Origin: Methanobacterium sp.
Lineage (GTDB): Archaea; Methanobacteriota; Methanobacteria; Methanobacteriales; Methanobacteriaceae
Length of the DNA stretch: 64,000 nucleotides
Assembly (NCBI GenBank): GCA_003151535.1
Contig: PLXT01000115.1
Location: 33,941 to 97,940 of the forward strand
Direction of reading: 5' to 3'
This document shows, in pieces, positions 28,516 through 37,792 of the stretch. Within the stretch, counting starts at the first letter, position 1. The number at the start of each line of letters is the position of its first letter. The notes beneath the pieces were generated by a model that worked only from the letters and a program-made list of their open reading frames with translations, made no database searches and was not told the DNA's origin. Made by a program: the position numbers and the translations under genes.

Positions 28516-29316
28516 TTATTTATTTTCTGGTATTCTATTATCTAAAAATGTTTTTTCTTGTGTGAAAATAGGGCACTCAACACTGACCCACTTATTTCTA
28601 ACTGTATCAGTTAATGCTATTTCTTGATTTGGTATATCTCTTACATCCTGTCCATTCACAAAGGTGATCCTTTCGATAAACCCACCTCTTTTCTTCCTAG
28701 CTGGATAATCATTCCAATTAATGCCTTTCTGAAAAATTAATTCTTGTTTTGCCTCAGAATTAACTCCATGTAATTCTTTGTGAGGATATAAGGATTGGGC
28801 AACGCTGGAAATACTATTCCTAGTACAATCTTGCTGCCGCCAAATAAAATAGTTACTAACCTCAACCCTTTGAGGGATAATAAAAATACGAGCATCGAAC
28901 ATGGCTAGTTTTGGCTTTTGGACATATCTATTATCGAAAGCGTCTCGTGTTAAAAACCTTTGGCTTCTTAGTTCATTAAAAATGGCTGTTGCCGTGGATG
29001 CAGCTACGCTAACCATTTTTTGTACGTTGTTATCAAACCATGCTTGGGTTCCAATAGCATCGAAATCAGTTAACAATATACTGATTTCATCTGATTGAAC
29101 ATATGCAAATTTAGCACCGCTTAAATTCTTACATAAATACTTAGCAGTTTCATCCATGTCTTGAATAAGATCATTATCAAAAGGTCTATCCAAGCCTTTA
29201 GTCCACGTATGAAAGGATTTTCCGTCAATTCTCAGGATTGCATATGTCCTTCTAGGTAATTTAATCCTATAAGCTGTTTCATATTCCTTAATTCTATCAC
29301 CTAATGAATCTTTCAT
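28516..29316 (-). CDS. tRNA-His guanylyltransferase (Thg1)-like protein
   Basis: YAILRIDGKSFHTWTKGLDRPFD and AKFAYVQSDEISILLT match the Thg1 catalytic core. Confidence 0.75.
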   Translation of the reverse strand: MKDSLGDRIKEYETAYRIKLPRRTYAILRIDGKSFHTWTKGLDRPFDNDLIQDMDETAKYLCKNLSGAKFAYVQSDEISILLTDFDAIGTQAWFDNNVQKMVSVAASTATAIFNELRSQRFLTRDAFDNRYVQKPKLAMFDARIFIIPQRVEVSNYFIWRQQDCTRNSISSVAQSLYPHKELHGVNSEAKQELIFQKGINWNDYPARKKRGGFIERITFVNGQDVRDIPNQEIALTDTVRNKWVSVECPIFTQEKTFLDNRIPENK

Positions 29317-29675
29317 AAATCAATTTTAACTTCAATATCTTGGTAGTATGATTTCTTAGTAACTATAAACCCTAACCGATCCCCATAATGAAACCCTGAC
29401 ATAATACGCATACATATGGCTTCAACTTCCTCTTCCTCTTCAGGGTCCAACTCTTCATCATCTTCCTCTTCGTCAGGTTCCCAATCTTCATTTTTACATT
29501 CGAGTATAGTCCAAACTCTATTCTCTTTTTGGGCTAATTCAAAGCAATACAATAATTCATCATCAAAAATTTCGTACAATATGCCATCCCAACTAGCAGT
29601 ATCGTCTAGATGATTTTTCTGAGGTTTATATTTTTCATAAAACTCATCCTTTGTTATTAGTAAAGTAGTTTCCAT
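29313..29675 (-). CDS. acidic protein (Glu/Asp-rich tail)
   Basis: ORF; poly-acidic EEEDDEELDPEEEEE. Confidence 0.4.
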   Translation of the reverse strand: METTLLITKDEFYEKYKPQKNHLDDTASWDGILYEIFDDELLYCFELAQKENRVWTILECKNEDWEPDEEEDDEELDPEEEEEVEAICMRIMSGFHYGDRLGFIVTKKSYYQDIEVKIDL

Positions 29676-30193
29676 TATTTTAATGTTGTATCCTTCTTCA
29701 AGTAGTCAATCAATTCCTCTTTACTCAAATCTTTAGCCTTGTCCAAAAAATTTTCCTTATTAGTTTTGGGGGCAATACCTATGACTTCTCTATCAGAATT
29801 ACTTAAATCACTAACATATTTTTCAAGACGTAAGTGCAAAAATTTTGTAATATCAGAAGGAATTTGTTTGCTAGATGAATCACTCGTTATGAAATTACCT
29901 ACACTGCCACCAGCAATTATAAGCATTGTATCTGTTTTTGAGGGTGTAAGAATATACATTGCCCAAAATAAAATCATAAATGGATAGGCCCACCACATCC
30001 ATTTTTTAGATCTTTCGCCAAGACCATCTTTTGGGCATTCCATACATTCGTCACGACCTACTATAAAACAAATAGTCGCAAGTACAGAAATTACAGTGAA
30101 AATAGTAATAAAAGTAATAAAGAAATCTCTTGCGTTATCAGCTATGCTTAACCAATAAAAAATACTGTACCAGTTTACATTAATAAGTTTCAT
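29675..30193 (-). CDS. membrane protein, paralogue of 31015..31389
   Basis: shared motif PSK..M.I.AGG...NF..SDSS.SKIP...TK with 31015..31389. Confidence 0.45.
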   Translation of the reverse strand: MKLINVNWYSIFYWLSIADNARDFFITFITIFTVISVLATICFIVGRDECMECPKDGLGERSKKWMWWAYPFMILFWAMYILTPSKTDTMLIIAGGSVGNFITSDSSSKQIPSDITKFLHLRLEKYVSDLSNSDREVIGIAPKTNKENFLDKAKDLSKEELIDYLKKDTTLK

Positions 30194-30213
30194 TTTTTTA
30201 TTTTATATTAATA

Positions 30214-30606
30214 CTAAGCTTTTCTAAATCGTTGAATCGATGGATATGGGCGGTAGCCTTTAATTTCCTTTGTAAATTTTTTATGCGCAGTCACTATAAC
30301 ATTGCTAGAAAAACTTTTTATTACTTTTGTAGTGGTTTGATTATTGATCTTTTCACGACAAATAGATAGATATCTTCTTGCAATGTCAGCCATAATTTTT
30401 TTATCATTCATTTTACTTACTTGTCCTAATATTTTGGAATAATGATCAATCACCCTTAAACAACAAAAATAATTGAGACCTCTTTCTAATTCTTTTTCTA
30501 ACTCTCTCATTAATTCTTGCGCAGCTTTTTCAGACCCCACAGTGTTCAAGTATGTTTGATACGCTAATGGGAACTCCTTACTTGGTATACAGCGAGTTTT
30601 TATTGA
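30214..30606 (-). CDS. hypothetical protein (start trimmed to MSIKTRC...)
   Basis: the ORF-track start overlaps 30620..30964 by 110 nt; the internal Met gives a 4-nt-type junction. Confidence 0.4.
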   Translation of the reverse strand, partial: SIKTRCIPSKEFPLAYQTYLNTVGSEKAAQELMRELEKELERGLNYFCCLRVIDHYSKILGQVSKMNDKKIMADIARRYLSICREKINNQTTTKVIKSFSSNVIVTAHKKFTKEIKGYRPYPSIQRFRKA

Positions 30607-30619
30607 CATATGAAGACGA

Positions 30620-30964
30620 TTAAATAAACTGTAAGAATTTGGAGGGTAAGAAATGCTCACCAGTGGATGATTCGATATTTCTTTCTGAAACGCCTTGGCT
30701 TTTGAGTTCTTTATGATATTCAGTTTCAAAGCCGTTGATTAATCTCTTAGCGACAGCTTTACTGCTTTCGTTACGTAGATCAGTCTTATAATTATCACTG
30801 GCCATGAATTCGATTAACTCCATAATAAGCCTAAATGATGACTGTTGGAGAGTTCGATGCTGACGAGAAAATCCTTCAATAAATTCTTTACTCTTGTCCC
30901 TATTTGAGGTGTTTACAAAATTCCCCAATATTTCAGCTAACTCAATGCCAGTAGTGTTTTCCAT
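30620..30964 (-). CDS. hypothetical protein (114 aa)
   Basis: ORF with promoter 10 nt upstream. Confidence 0.45.
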   Translation of the reverse strand: MENTTGIELAEILGNFVNTSNRDKSKEFIEGFSRQHRTLQQSSFRLIMELIEFMASDNYKTDLRNESSKAVAKRLINGFETEYHKELKSQGVSERNIESSTGEHFLPSKFLQFI

Positions 30965-30977
30965 GTATTTTGTTTAG

Positions 30978-31015
30978 GTTGCAAATATACAAACTTGTTC
31001 GGAAAAATCAAACTT
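30978..31015 (-). promoter_or_regulatory. Bacteroidetes-type promoter (-33 TTTG, 20-nt spacer, -7 TATATTTGC) for 30620..30964
   Basis: reverse complement of gcaaatata (30981-30989) and caaa (31009-31012); start codon about 10 nt downstream of the predicted TSS. Confidence 0.5.
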
Positions 31016-31389
31016 TATTTATCCTCCTTCTTCTTCATATCTTCCAAGACCTTATCCATGTAATCAGATACAAGCTTTGTTGCTTGATAAGGTATTTTGG
31101 ATATTGAAGAATCCGATTGTAGAAAATTCAATGTCTTTCCACCAGCCATTATTACCATTGCTTCCTGTTTGGATGGAATCAAACAAGTAACTATAACCGA
31201 TATACAGAAAAGGCTTATTACGGCAATTCTAGGTATAGTTGAGCTTAATATAGTGATTTTACCCCTAGGATAATCATCTTCAAGGATTTTGATAATGAAC
31301 CAATTTATAATATGGCATACGATTAATATTCCAGAATAACGTCTACAGCAAAGAACATTGCTTGGATATAATCCAATCTTGTGAACCAA
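31015..31389 (-). CDS. membrane protein, paralogue of 29675..30193
   Basis: shared motif as above. Confidence 0.45.
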   Translation of the reverse strand: MVHKIGLYPSNVLCCRRYSGILIVCHIINWFIIKILEDDYPRGKITILSSTIPRIAVISLFCISVIVTCLIPSKQEAMVIMAGGKTLNFLQSDSSISKIPYQATKLVSDYMDKVLEDMKKKEDK

Positions 31390-31518
31390 TACAATTTTAA
31401 ATAATTACTCATAAAAAGATTTAAAACAAACATACAAAATATTATTTAAAATTCCAACTATTCTATGTCGGTTCTAGAACTTAGTAAATAGTTGACATAT
31501 TTATATATAAAGGAATAA

Positions 31519-32433
31519 ATGGAAAAAACGTATTATACTCTTTATCAAATAACGAATAAATTAAATGGTATGATTTATATTGGGTCTCACAAAACAACTA
31601 ATATTAATGACGGATACTATGGATCTGGAAAGAATATAAAAAAGATGATAAAAGAATTAGGAAAAGATAGTTTTGAGAAGAAAATTTTGACATATTACGA
31701 TACTAATGAGGAAATGTTAATTGCCGAAAAAATAATGGTTAATAGGGAATTTATAGAAAGGAACGACACGTATAATCTTATTATAGGAGGTGGTTGTAAT
31801 AGTGCTGATACTGTTTTAGTTAAAAATGATCAAGGTAAACATTTTAGAGTTCATAAAAATGACCCAGATTATTTATCTGGTAAATTAATAACCCCAAATA
31901 AAGGAAAAATGATGTTTAAAGATTCAAACGGTAAATATTATAGGCTAGATAAGAATGATCCGATTATCATATCTGAAAACCTAATTCCAGCTGGTAAAGG
32001 TAAAACATTAGTTTTTAATGAAACTAATAATAAAATTTGGGTCTCTGTAGACAATCCAAAATTCATTGATGGAACATATAAACACATCACAAAGGGAATT
32101 GCTAGAAAAAAAGAATCTAATATAAGATTAAGTGAAACAAGAAAGAAGAATAATCTTGCCAAAGGAGTGAACAATCCTAACTATGAAAAAACATTCATTT
32201 ATAATAAAAATTCTAACGAAATAAAAACTATAAAAAAAGAAACATTAAATTATTGGTTAAATATAGGGTGGGTGATTGGAAGACCTATTGAAAAACGTAA
32301 CAACCAGAACGGAACTAGATGGTTGACAAATGAAAAACTAAAATTAAATAAACAAATAAAATTTGACGAAATAAGCACTTTTTTAAATATAGGGTGGGAA
32401 ATAGGAAGGGTTTTCTATAAAAAAGCCTCTTAG
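31519..32433 (+). CDS. free-standing GIY-YIG homing endonuclease with C-terminal repeated NIGW DNA-binding modules
   Basis: YYTLYQITNKLNGMIYIGSHKT...YYGSGK (GIY-YIG); repeats YWLNIGWVIGRP and FLNIGWEIGRV; one of only three plus-strand genes. Confidence 0.75.
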   Translation: MEKTYYTLYQITNKLNGMIYIGSHKTTNINDGYYGSGKNIKKMIKELGKDSFEKKILTYYDTNEEMLIAEKIMVNREFIERNDTYNLIIGGGCNSADTVLVKNDQGKHFRVHKNDPDYLSGKLITPNKGKMMFKDSNGKYYRLDKNDPIIISENLIPAGKGKTLVFNETNNKIWVSVDNPKFIDGTYKHITKGIARKKESNIRLSETRKKNNLAKGVNNPNYEKTFIYNKNSNEIKTIKKETLNYWLNIGWVIGRPIEKRNNQNGTRWLTNEKLKLNKQIKFDEISTFLNIGWEIGRVFYKKAS

Positions 32434-32460
32434 AATTAATTCTAAGAGGCTTTTTTTATA
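32425..32460. terminator. bidirectional rho-independent terminator between convergent genes
   Basis: hairpin AAGCCTCTTAGAATTAATTCTAAGAGGCTT flanked by A-run and T-run. Confidence 0.65.
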
Positions 32461-32471
32461 ATGAGAATAAA

Positions 32472-34274
32472 TTATAAGACTTCTTTATTTCCATCCTTTA
32501 TTTTTTTAAGTAGTTCAAACCCCAATAAGCCTGTTATAGGATTGGAATTATTCCCATCTCCATTAAAAATAATCTCTGGGATTATTTTAATTTTGCCCTC
32601 TGCTATTTTTTCAATTATTTTCAAATTACCAAATTGTGTGCTTCCCATTGCTTCAACTTGTAATGTAAACGATTGAGCCGTTGCTTTACCTATTGCCTCA
32701 ATTTTTGAAGCCTCCGCATCACCTAATAACATTATTTGTTTAGCATCCGCTTCTGCCAATAAAATTTTTGCTTTTGCGTCTCCCTCAGACTTTTTAACAA
32801 TTGACTCGGCTTCTCTCTGAGCAATTTCAACAGATTGTTGAGCTGTAACCATTTTAATCTGAATATCAGATAGCGATTTAGCAGCTTCTAAATTTTTACG
32901 TTCATTCTGAGCTTCGCATTCAATTGTATATGTTAATTTCTGTTCTTGAGCAATTTTACGGTCAGTTAATGTTTTCATCAAATCTGATGGAGGTGTAATA
33001 TCCCCAATTAATGTATCAACAGCATGAACATTATATTGTTCAACAACTCTTCCAATCATTTCTTTAGCATCAGCTTGTCTTTCTTGGCGAGTTCCTAGGA
33101 ATGCGATTACATCGCTGTTTTGAGCACTATTACGAAAATAATTACCGATGAGGGGTTCAAGCACTTGAGAAACCAAGTTTTGAATGCTACCAAAACGAGC
33201 AATTACTTTTGGCGCTTCAGTGGAAGGAATATGTATGATCTGACTTACATCCAAGTTGAATGTAAAACCATCCTTAGAGCGCACTGTTATAGTGCTTAAA
33301 TTCTTATCCAAATTATGCGCTTCGCTACGACCTGTAGCCCAGTTCAACACAAGATTTGTGGTTGGCACAATTTGCATCTTGGTTGTTTGAGGATTGATAG
33401 GATATTTTCCTGGGTCTAACGGCGTATCCCATACACCCTTCTGACCTCTCTTAACAATGTTACCGTGCTTAAAATCACTACCTGTTACATCTTCACCTTC
33501 ATCTCCTACATAGGAGATAATAATGCCCACATTACCGATTGGAATTTCAGTCATGGGTACAGTTTCAAGTTTAACAGCCCATGGATTAATTGTGTAAGAA
33601 CCTGCAAGAATGAATTGTGTCTGTAATCCCTTTTGTCCACCATTTTCCAAAAACTTTTCAAAATTTTGAAAATTGTTATGGCCGTCAACAGGTTTACCTG
33701 CAATTTGTCCATCTTGTAGTGGTACACCATCCAATGTAGTTATAACGCCTACTTGACCATCTTCGATGGCCGTTACATCAGCTAACGTAACTTCGAACAA
33801 AAGAGTATTAATACGATATACACCAGTATTCAAATACTTGGTTTGTTTACCTTTTTGTCCACCATTTTTCATGAACGCTCTTGAATCCTGATAGTTATCA
33901 CATTCAACACTAGGCGCTAGGATGTGCCCGTTTGGTAATTGTGCCCCATCTTTAGCGGAAATTAAACCTATTTTACCTTTACCTACGGCAATGAACCCTT
34001 GTAGTTCTATTTTATACTGCCAAATCCATTTAGCCCAATGTAACCCTGGGGGTAGTGGATCGATCTGATAACCTGCTTCACCATTGGATGCTATGATGCG
34101 TCCGTCAGGTAAAGATTTATTACCGACCAATACAAATTTCTTGGTCACAAGACCAATCTTGTCTTCGGGTATGATAATCATACCAAATAAAACTCTTAAA
34201 ATACGTTTATGTAATAAAATTACTAGGATGGGAATAAGAACCCACCAATAAGCCAATAAACTTTGTGCAGTCAT
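32472..34274 (-). CDS. flotillin-like SPFH/band-7 protein (YqiK-like, 600 aa)
   Basis: N-terminal TM anchor, SPFH core and long Ala/Glu/Lys-rich coiled coil (EAESIVKKSEGDAKAKILLAEADAKQ). Confidence 0.65.
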   Translation of the reverse strand: MTAQSLLAYWWVLIPILVILLHKRILRVLFGMIIIPEDKIGLVTKKFVLVGNKSLPDGRIIASNGEAGYQIDPLPPGLHWAKWIWQYKIELQGFIAVGKGKIGLISAKDGAQLPNGHILAPSVECDNYQDSRAFMKNGGQKGKQTKYLNTGVYRINTLLFEVTLADVTAIEDGQVGVITTLDGVPLQDGQIAGKPVDGHNNFQNFEKFLENGGQKGLQTQFILAGSYTINPWAVKLETVPMTEIPIGNVGIIISYVGDEGEDVTGSDFKHGNIVKRGQKGVWDTPLDPGKYPINPQTTKMQIVPTTNLVLNWATGRSEAHNLDKNLSTITVRSKDGFTFNLDVSQIIHIPSTEAPKVIARFGSIQNLVSQVLEPLIGNYFRNSAQNSDVIAFLGTRQERQADAKEMIGRVVEQYNVHAVDTLIGDITPPSDLMKTLTDRKIAQEQKLTYTIECEAQNERKNLEAAKSLSDIQIKMVTAQQSVEIAQREAESIVKKSEGDAKAKILLAEADAKQIMLLGDAEASKIEAIGKATAQSFTLQVEAMGSTQFGNLKIIEKIAEGKIKIIPEIIFNGDGNNSNPITGLLGFELLKKIKDGNKEVL

Positions 34275-34325
34275 TTTTATATAATTTTTGAAAACAAATC
34301 TACTAAGAGATTATGAAGAAAGAAA

Positions 34326-34604
34326 CTAATTCAACGAAAATCTCGCATATTTAGTAGATTCAAATAATGCACATTCTTTTTCATCTATTACACCTTTAAC
34401 AACATCGATATTGTGGGTAATACAATTTAATCTTTTTTGAATATCCTCTAGAACTTCTGACTCTCCCTTCATGAGTTTGTCAGCATACAACATGTCTAAA
34501 ATAAAAACACCTCTTGTAAGATTTTCTTTAAGCTTAATTAATTGTGGCAGAGTATGCCCTTTAAAGAACTGGGGGTTACTTAAATCTTGGTCTGATTTGA
34601 ACAT
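34326..34604 (-). CDS. hypothetical protein (92 aa)
   Basis: ORF only. Confidence 0.4.
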   Translation of the reverse strand: MFKSDQDLSNPQFFKGHTLPQLIKLKENLTRGVFILDMLYADKLMKGESEVLEDIQKRLNCITHNIDVVKGVIDEKECALFESTKYARFSLN

Positions 34605-34607
34605 GGC

Positions 34608-35135
34608 TTATTTTTTTGTTATGTATTTTAACTTCTTTTGCAATGTAGAAACACTAGCTGCAATATTCCTGTAATCTTCTTTTGTAAGTATTGGGAGGTG
34701 GGATGTTTTATCAATTATACACTTTCTTCTTAGCCTTGCAGTAATATTTCTAAGATCATTTATTGCAAAGAGGGCGTGATCCAAATCTGTTTTTTTACCA
34801 GCCTTTATAATGTCTTTGAGGATTTTTTCTTTACCATAGTACTTAGAGGGTTTTGGAGCTATTTTTTTGAGATTCAATTCCACATATTTTTCCAGCATTT
34901 TACTATTCTCTTTAATAATGCTGTCAAAAATGTTTTGGCTAATTTCTAGAACTTTAGGTTCTAGGGAAGCATCTTTAGCCATTATTCTTAAACTGTTATA
35001 TGATAAGTCGGGGTAGTAGCCCTTAAAGATCTTATTCAAATCTTTATTATGTTCTATTATATACAGTGTTTTTAGGATGTTAAATTTAACTTCTTCCAAA
35101 AGTTCCATTCTAGCAGGTTTAACACAAATATACAA
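34608..35135 (-). CDS. hypothetical protein (175 aa)
   Basis: ORF only. Confidence 0.45.
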   Translation of the reverse strand: MYICVKPARMELLEEVKFNILKTLYIIEHNKDLNKIFKGYYPDLSYNSLRIMAKDASLEPKVLEISQNIFDSIIKENSKMLEKYVELNLKKIAPKPSKYYGKEKILKDIIKAGKKTDLDHALFAINDLRNITARLRRKCIIDKTSHLPILTKEDYRNIAASVSTLQKKLKYITKK

Positions 35136-35154
35136 ATAATTTTGGAATAAAAAT

Positions 35155-35182
35155 ATAAAAGACCCTATGGGTCTTTTATATG
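35155..35182 (-). terminator. rho-independent terminator after 35193..35591
   Basis: hairpin AAAGACCC-TATG-GGTCTTT followed by T-rich tract on the minus strand. Confidence 0.5.
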
Positions 35183-35192
35183 TTTGAATTAA

Positions 35193-35591
35193 TTATTTAA
35201 TATCCATTGCCGATCTAACCTTTGCTAATTCTTCATCATCGAATTGATAATATGATCCAGTCTCAACGTTTTTAATTTGCTTGACTTTCTTTCTGAATAA
35301 AGAACGATTTACACCCTTTTCGTCATCTTCTATACCAATCAATTTCATGATATCAACCATGGAGGGTCCACCCAACTTTTCGAAACCTCTTTTTACATCA
35401 GCATACTCTTTTTTCCCAGAAGTATTCTCAGTGTGTTTTTTGATATTTTTATTTTTTTCATGGCCATCCTTACCCCCATTATGGTTAAGCCTATTATTAT
35501 GCCTATGTTTTTGCTTTTCATTAATATTGAATAATTCATCTATGGCTTCGCGTAGTTTAATTTTTATATTTTCTTTGCTCATATAATACAT
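35193..35591 (-). CDS. basic Lys-rich protein (132 aa)
   Basis: ORF only. Confidence 0.4.
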   Translation of the reverse strand: MYYMSKENIKIKLREAIDELFNINEKQKHRHNNRLNHNGGKDGHEKNKNIKKHTENTSGKKEYADVKRGFEKLGGPSMVDIMKLIGIEDDEKGVNRSLFRKKVKQIKNVETGSYYQFDDEELAKVRSAMDIK

Positions 35592-35658
35592 ATTATACTA
35601 TATAAATATCTTACAATAAGAAAAAATATACTTTAGAGGTATGGTTTTGGGGGGTATT

Positions 35659-36519
35659 CTAATAAAGGATCTTCCTAACGCCTATTTTTAGTTTTTCTAA
35701 GGAGGAAATTTTTATTTGTCTAATCATTTCCCTAGTCAGACCAACTTCTTGTGACACTTGGTCAAGCGTCATGGGTACACTGCCATTGAGCCCATAAATA
35801 TTGATCATTATCTTTTTATCCCTAGGTTTCAACACATTCAATAAGGTATCTAACTCTTTTTGAACGTCTTTTTGAGTTAAAGAAAAATCAGGTGACCTCA
35901 TACTTTCATCCATAATTACATCATACAACGATGTTTCGTTATCACCATGAGAAAACACTCCGTCTAACGAATCGACTTTGAGATTCAGGAATTTTTCAAA
36001 ATTCTTAATTTCTTGGGGTGGTACCATACCTTCCAGTTCTTCCAGTACTTCGATAGCATCCACATGTCTACCACGTTGTTGTTCCAATTTATCCATTTTG
36101 AGGTTGAACTTAGATATGCTAGATACCTTATTACAGGGTATCCTGATCATCTTGGATGTATTGGAGATATATTCATATATAACCTTTCTAACCCAATACA
36201 CAGCATAGCTAATGAATTTAAAGCCAGTCTTTGCATCATATCTATCTGCGGCCAATATCAATCCGATATTACCCTCATTTACCAAATCTTCCAACGGCAA
36301 GTTTGTTGTTTCAAATTTTTTAGCAATCGTTACTACAAACCGTAGGTTCTTTTTGATAAGCTCTTCTTTAGCCCTTTTATCGCCATTGGCGACCTTCAAG
36401 CAACATTCATTTTCTTCATCCAGCGTAAACAATGGGATACTTGCAATATCATTAAGATATTGTTTGAATGACTGGGTGGATTTGTTTGTGATTTTCTGGG
36501 AAACTCTTAATGATCTCAT
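35659..36519 (-). CDS. RNA polymerase sigma-70 family factor
   Basis: region 2 (EGNIGLILAADRYDAKTGFKFISYAVYWVRK) and region 4 HTH (LTLDQVSQEVGLTREMIRQI). Confidence 0.8.
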   Translation of the reverse strand: MRSLRVSQKITNKSTQSFKQYLNDIASIPLFTLDEENECCLKVANGDKRAKEELIKKNLRFVVTIAKKFETTNLPLEDLVNEGNIGLILAADRYDAKTGFKFISYAVYWVRKVIYEYISNTSKMIRIPCNKVSSISKFNLKMDKLEQQRGRHVDAIEVLEELEGMVPPQEIKNFEKFLNLKVDSLDGVFSHGDNETSLYDVIMDESMRSPDFSLTQKDVQKELDTLLNVLKPRDKKIMINIYGLNGSVPMTLDQVSQEVGLTREMIRQIKISSLEKLKIGVRKILY

Positions 36520-36535
36520 AAGTCATTGAATTGAT

Positions 36536-36970
36536 TTAATTGTTATCTAACTGTCTTTTAATATCCCTCTCCTTAATACTCTCTTTCCGATCTGGCGCAT
36601 TTTTCCCTTTGGCAACGCCTATTTCTATTTTAATGAAAGAAGTGTCAGAAATTAAAACGTTCAAGGGTATGATGGTTAGGCCCTTTTCCTTGATCGCCTT
36701 TGAAAGCTTATTGAGTTCACCTTTGCGTAAGAGTAAACACCTATCCCTGCTGGGCACATGATTTGTATACTTGATATTAGCATACTCACTAACATGCATA
36801 TTTCGTATGAATAAGTCACCACCCGTAAAAGAACAAAAAGCTTCGTTTATTGATGCTTTTAATTGCTTTATTGATTTAACCTCAGTTCCAGTGAGTTGAA
36901 TACCAGCAGTATATCTATCTGTAATGAAGTATTCATGGCTGGCCTTTTTGTTTCGGATGATAATCTTCAT
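36536..36970 (-). CDS. smpB: SsrA-binding protein SmpB
   Basis: KKASHEYFITDRYTAGIQLTGTEVKS..., RDRCLLLRKGELNKL and basic C-terminal tail match SmpB throughout. Confidence 0.8.
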   Translation of the reverse strand: MKIIIRNKKASHEYFITDRYTAGIQLTGTEVKSIKQLKASINEAFCSFTGGDLFIRNMHVSEYANIKYTNHVPSRDRCLLLRKGELNKLSKAIKEKGLTIIPLNVLISDTSFIKIEIGVAKGKNAPDRKESIKERDIKRQLDNN

Positions 36971-37141
36971 TAAACGAATTGAGGATAGTTATGCGCAAAA
37001 GTGTGGAAAAAAAGCAACTAATTCTTAGAGATCACTATGAAATACGCTGGCGTACTTATTGCATGAGATAATCTACTGAGAACTAAAGCGTAGACAAATA
37101 TACACAGTGTGTGGAAGAAAAACAACTAATTCTAAAAAGAA

Positions 37142-37792
37142 TTATAAATAAAATGATATAGGCTTATTTCTATATCTGTAGCTCTCTCCCAAGGAGCTAG
37201 CATTAACAAAGGTAGTACCATCCATAATTTTAGTCCCATAACTATGATGAACATGGCCACAGACGTGATATCTTGGCTTAACTTCTACAATTTTCTTATA
37301 TAATTCCTCACAGCCAACCCTTAGTCCAGCGTAAGTGTTATCCAGTATGCCATATAGTGGTCCGTGGGTCATAACTATATCCATACCTTGTGGTATAGTC
37401 TCCCATTTCTTTGCAATGGCGGCTCCCCTGTCCACATTAAACGCCCAATCATTAAATCTAGGCTGCCAAGGGCTACCGTATATCTTTATACCATTCAATT
37501 CAACCATTTTATCCATAAGATACACAATACCCATATCCTGGAACATTGGTGCGATCTCATGGTTATCCTCAAACGCCCAATCGTGATTACCAGCAATGAA
37601 GCATTTATAGCGACATTTTAAATTGCCAAACCAAGTTAAAAAGCTTACAATTTCCTTTGTTTTACCCTGCATAGTAATATCTCCAGCATGTAAAACTATT
37701 GTATTTTCATAATCCGTTATGAGAGAGGCTAAGTCTTTTGATAACTCATAATGTCGATTATGGGTGTCACTAATAGTAATTATTTTTATCAC
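37142..37792 (-). CDS. calcineurin-like metallophosphoesterase
   Basis: DTH, GD, GNHD and GH motifs (ISDTHNRH, AGDITMQG, AGNHDWAFE, CGHVHH). Confidence 0.6.
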   Translation of the reverse strand: MIKIITISDTHNRHYELSKDLASLITDYENTIVLHAGDITMQGKTKEIVSFLTWFGNLKCRYKCFIAGNHDWAFEDNHEIAPMFQDMGIVYLMDKMVELNGIKIYGSPWQPRFNDWAFNVDRGAAIAKKWETIPQGMDIVMTHGPLYGILDNTYAGLRVGCEELYKKIVEVKPRYHVCGHVHHSYGTKIMDGTTFVNASSLGESYRYRNKPISFYL

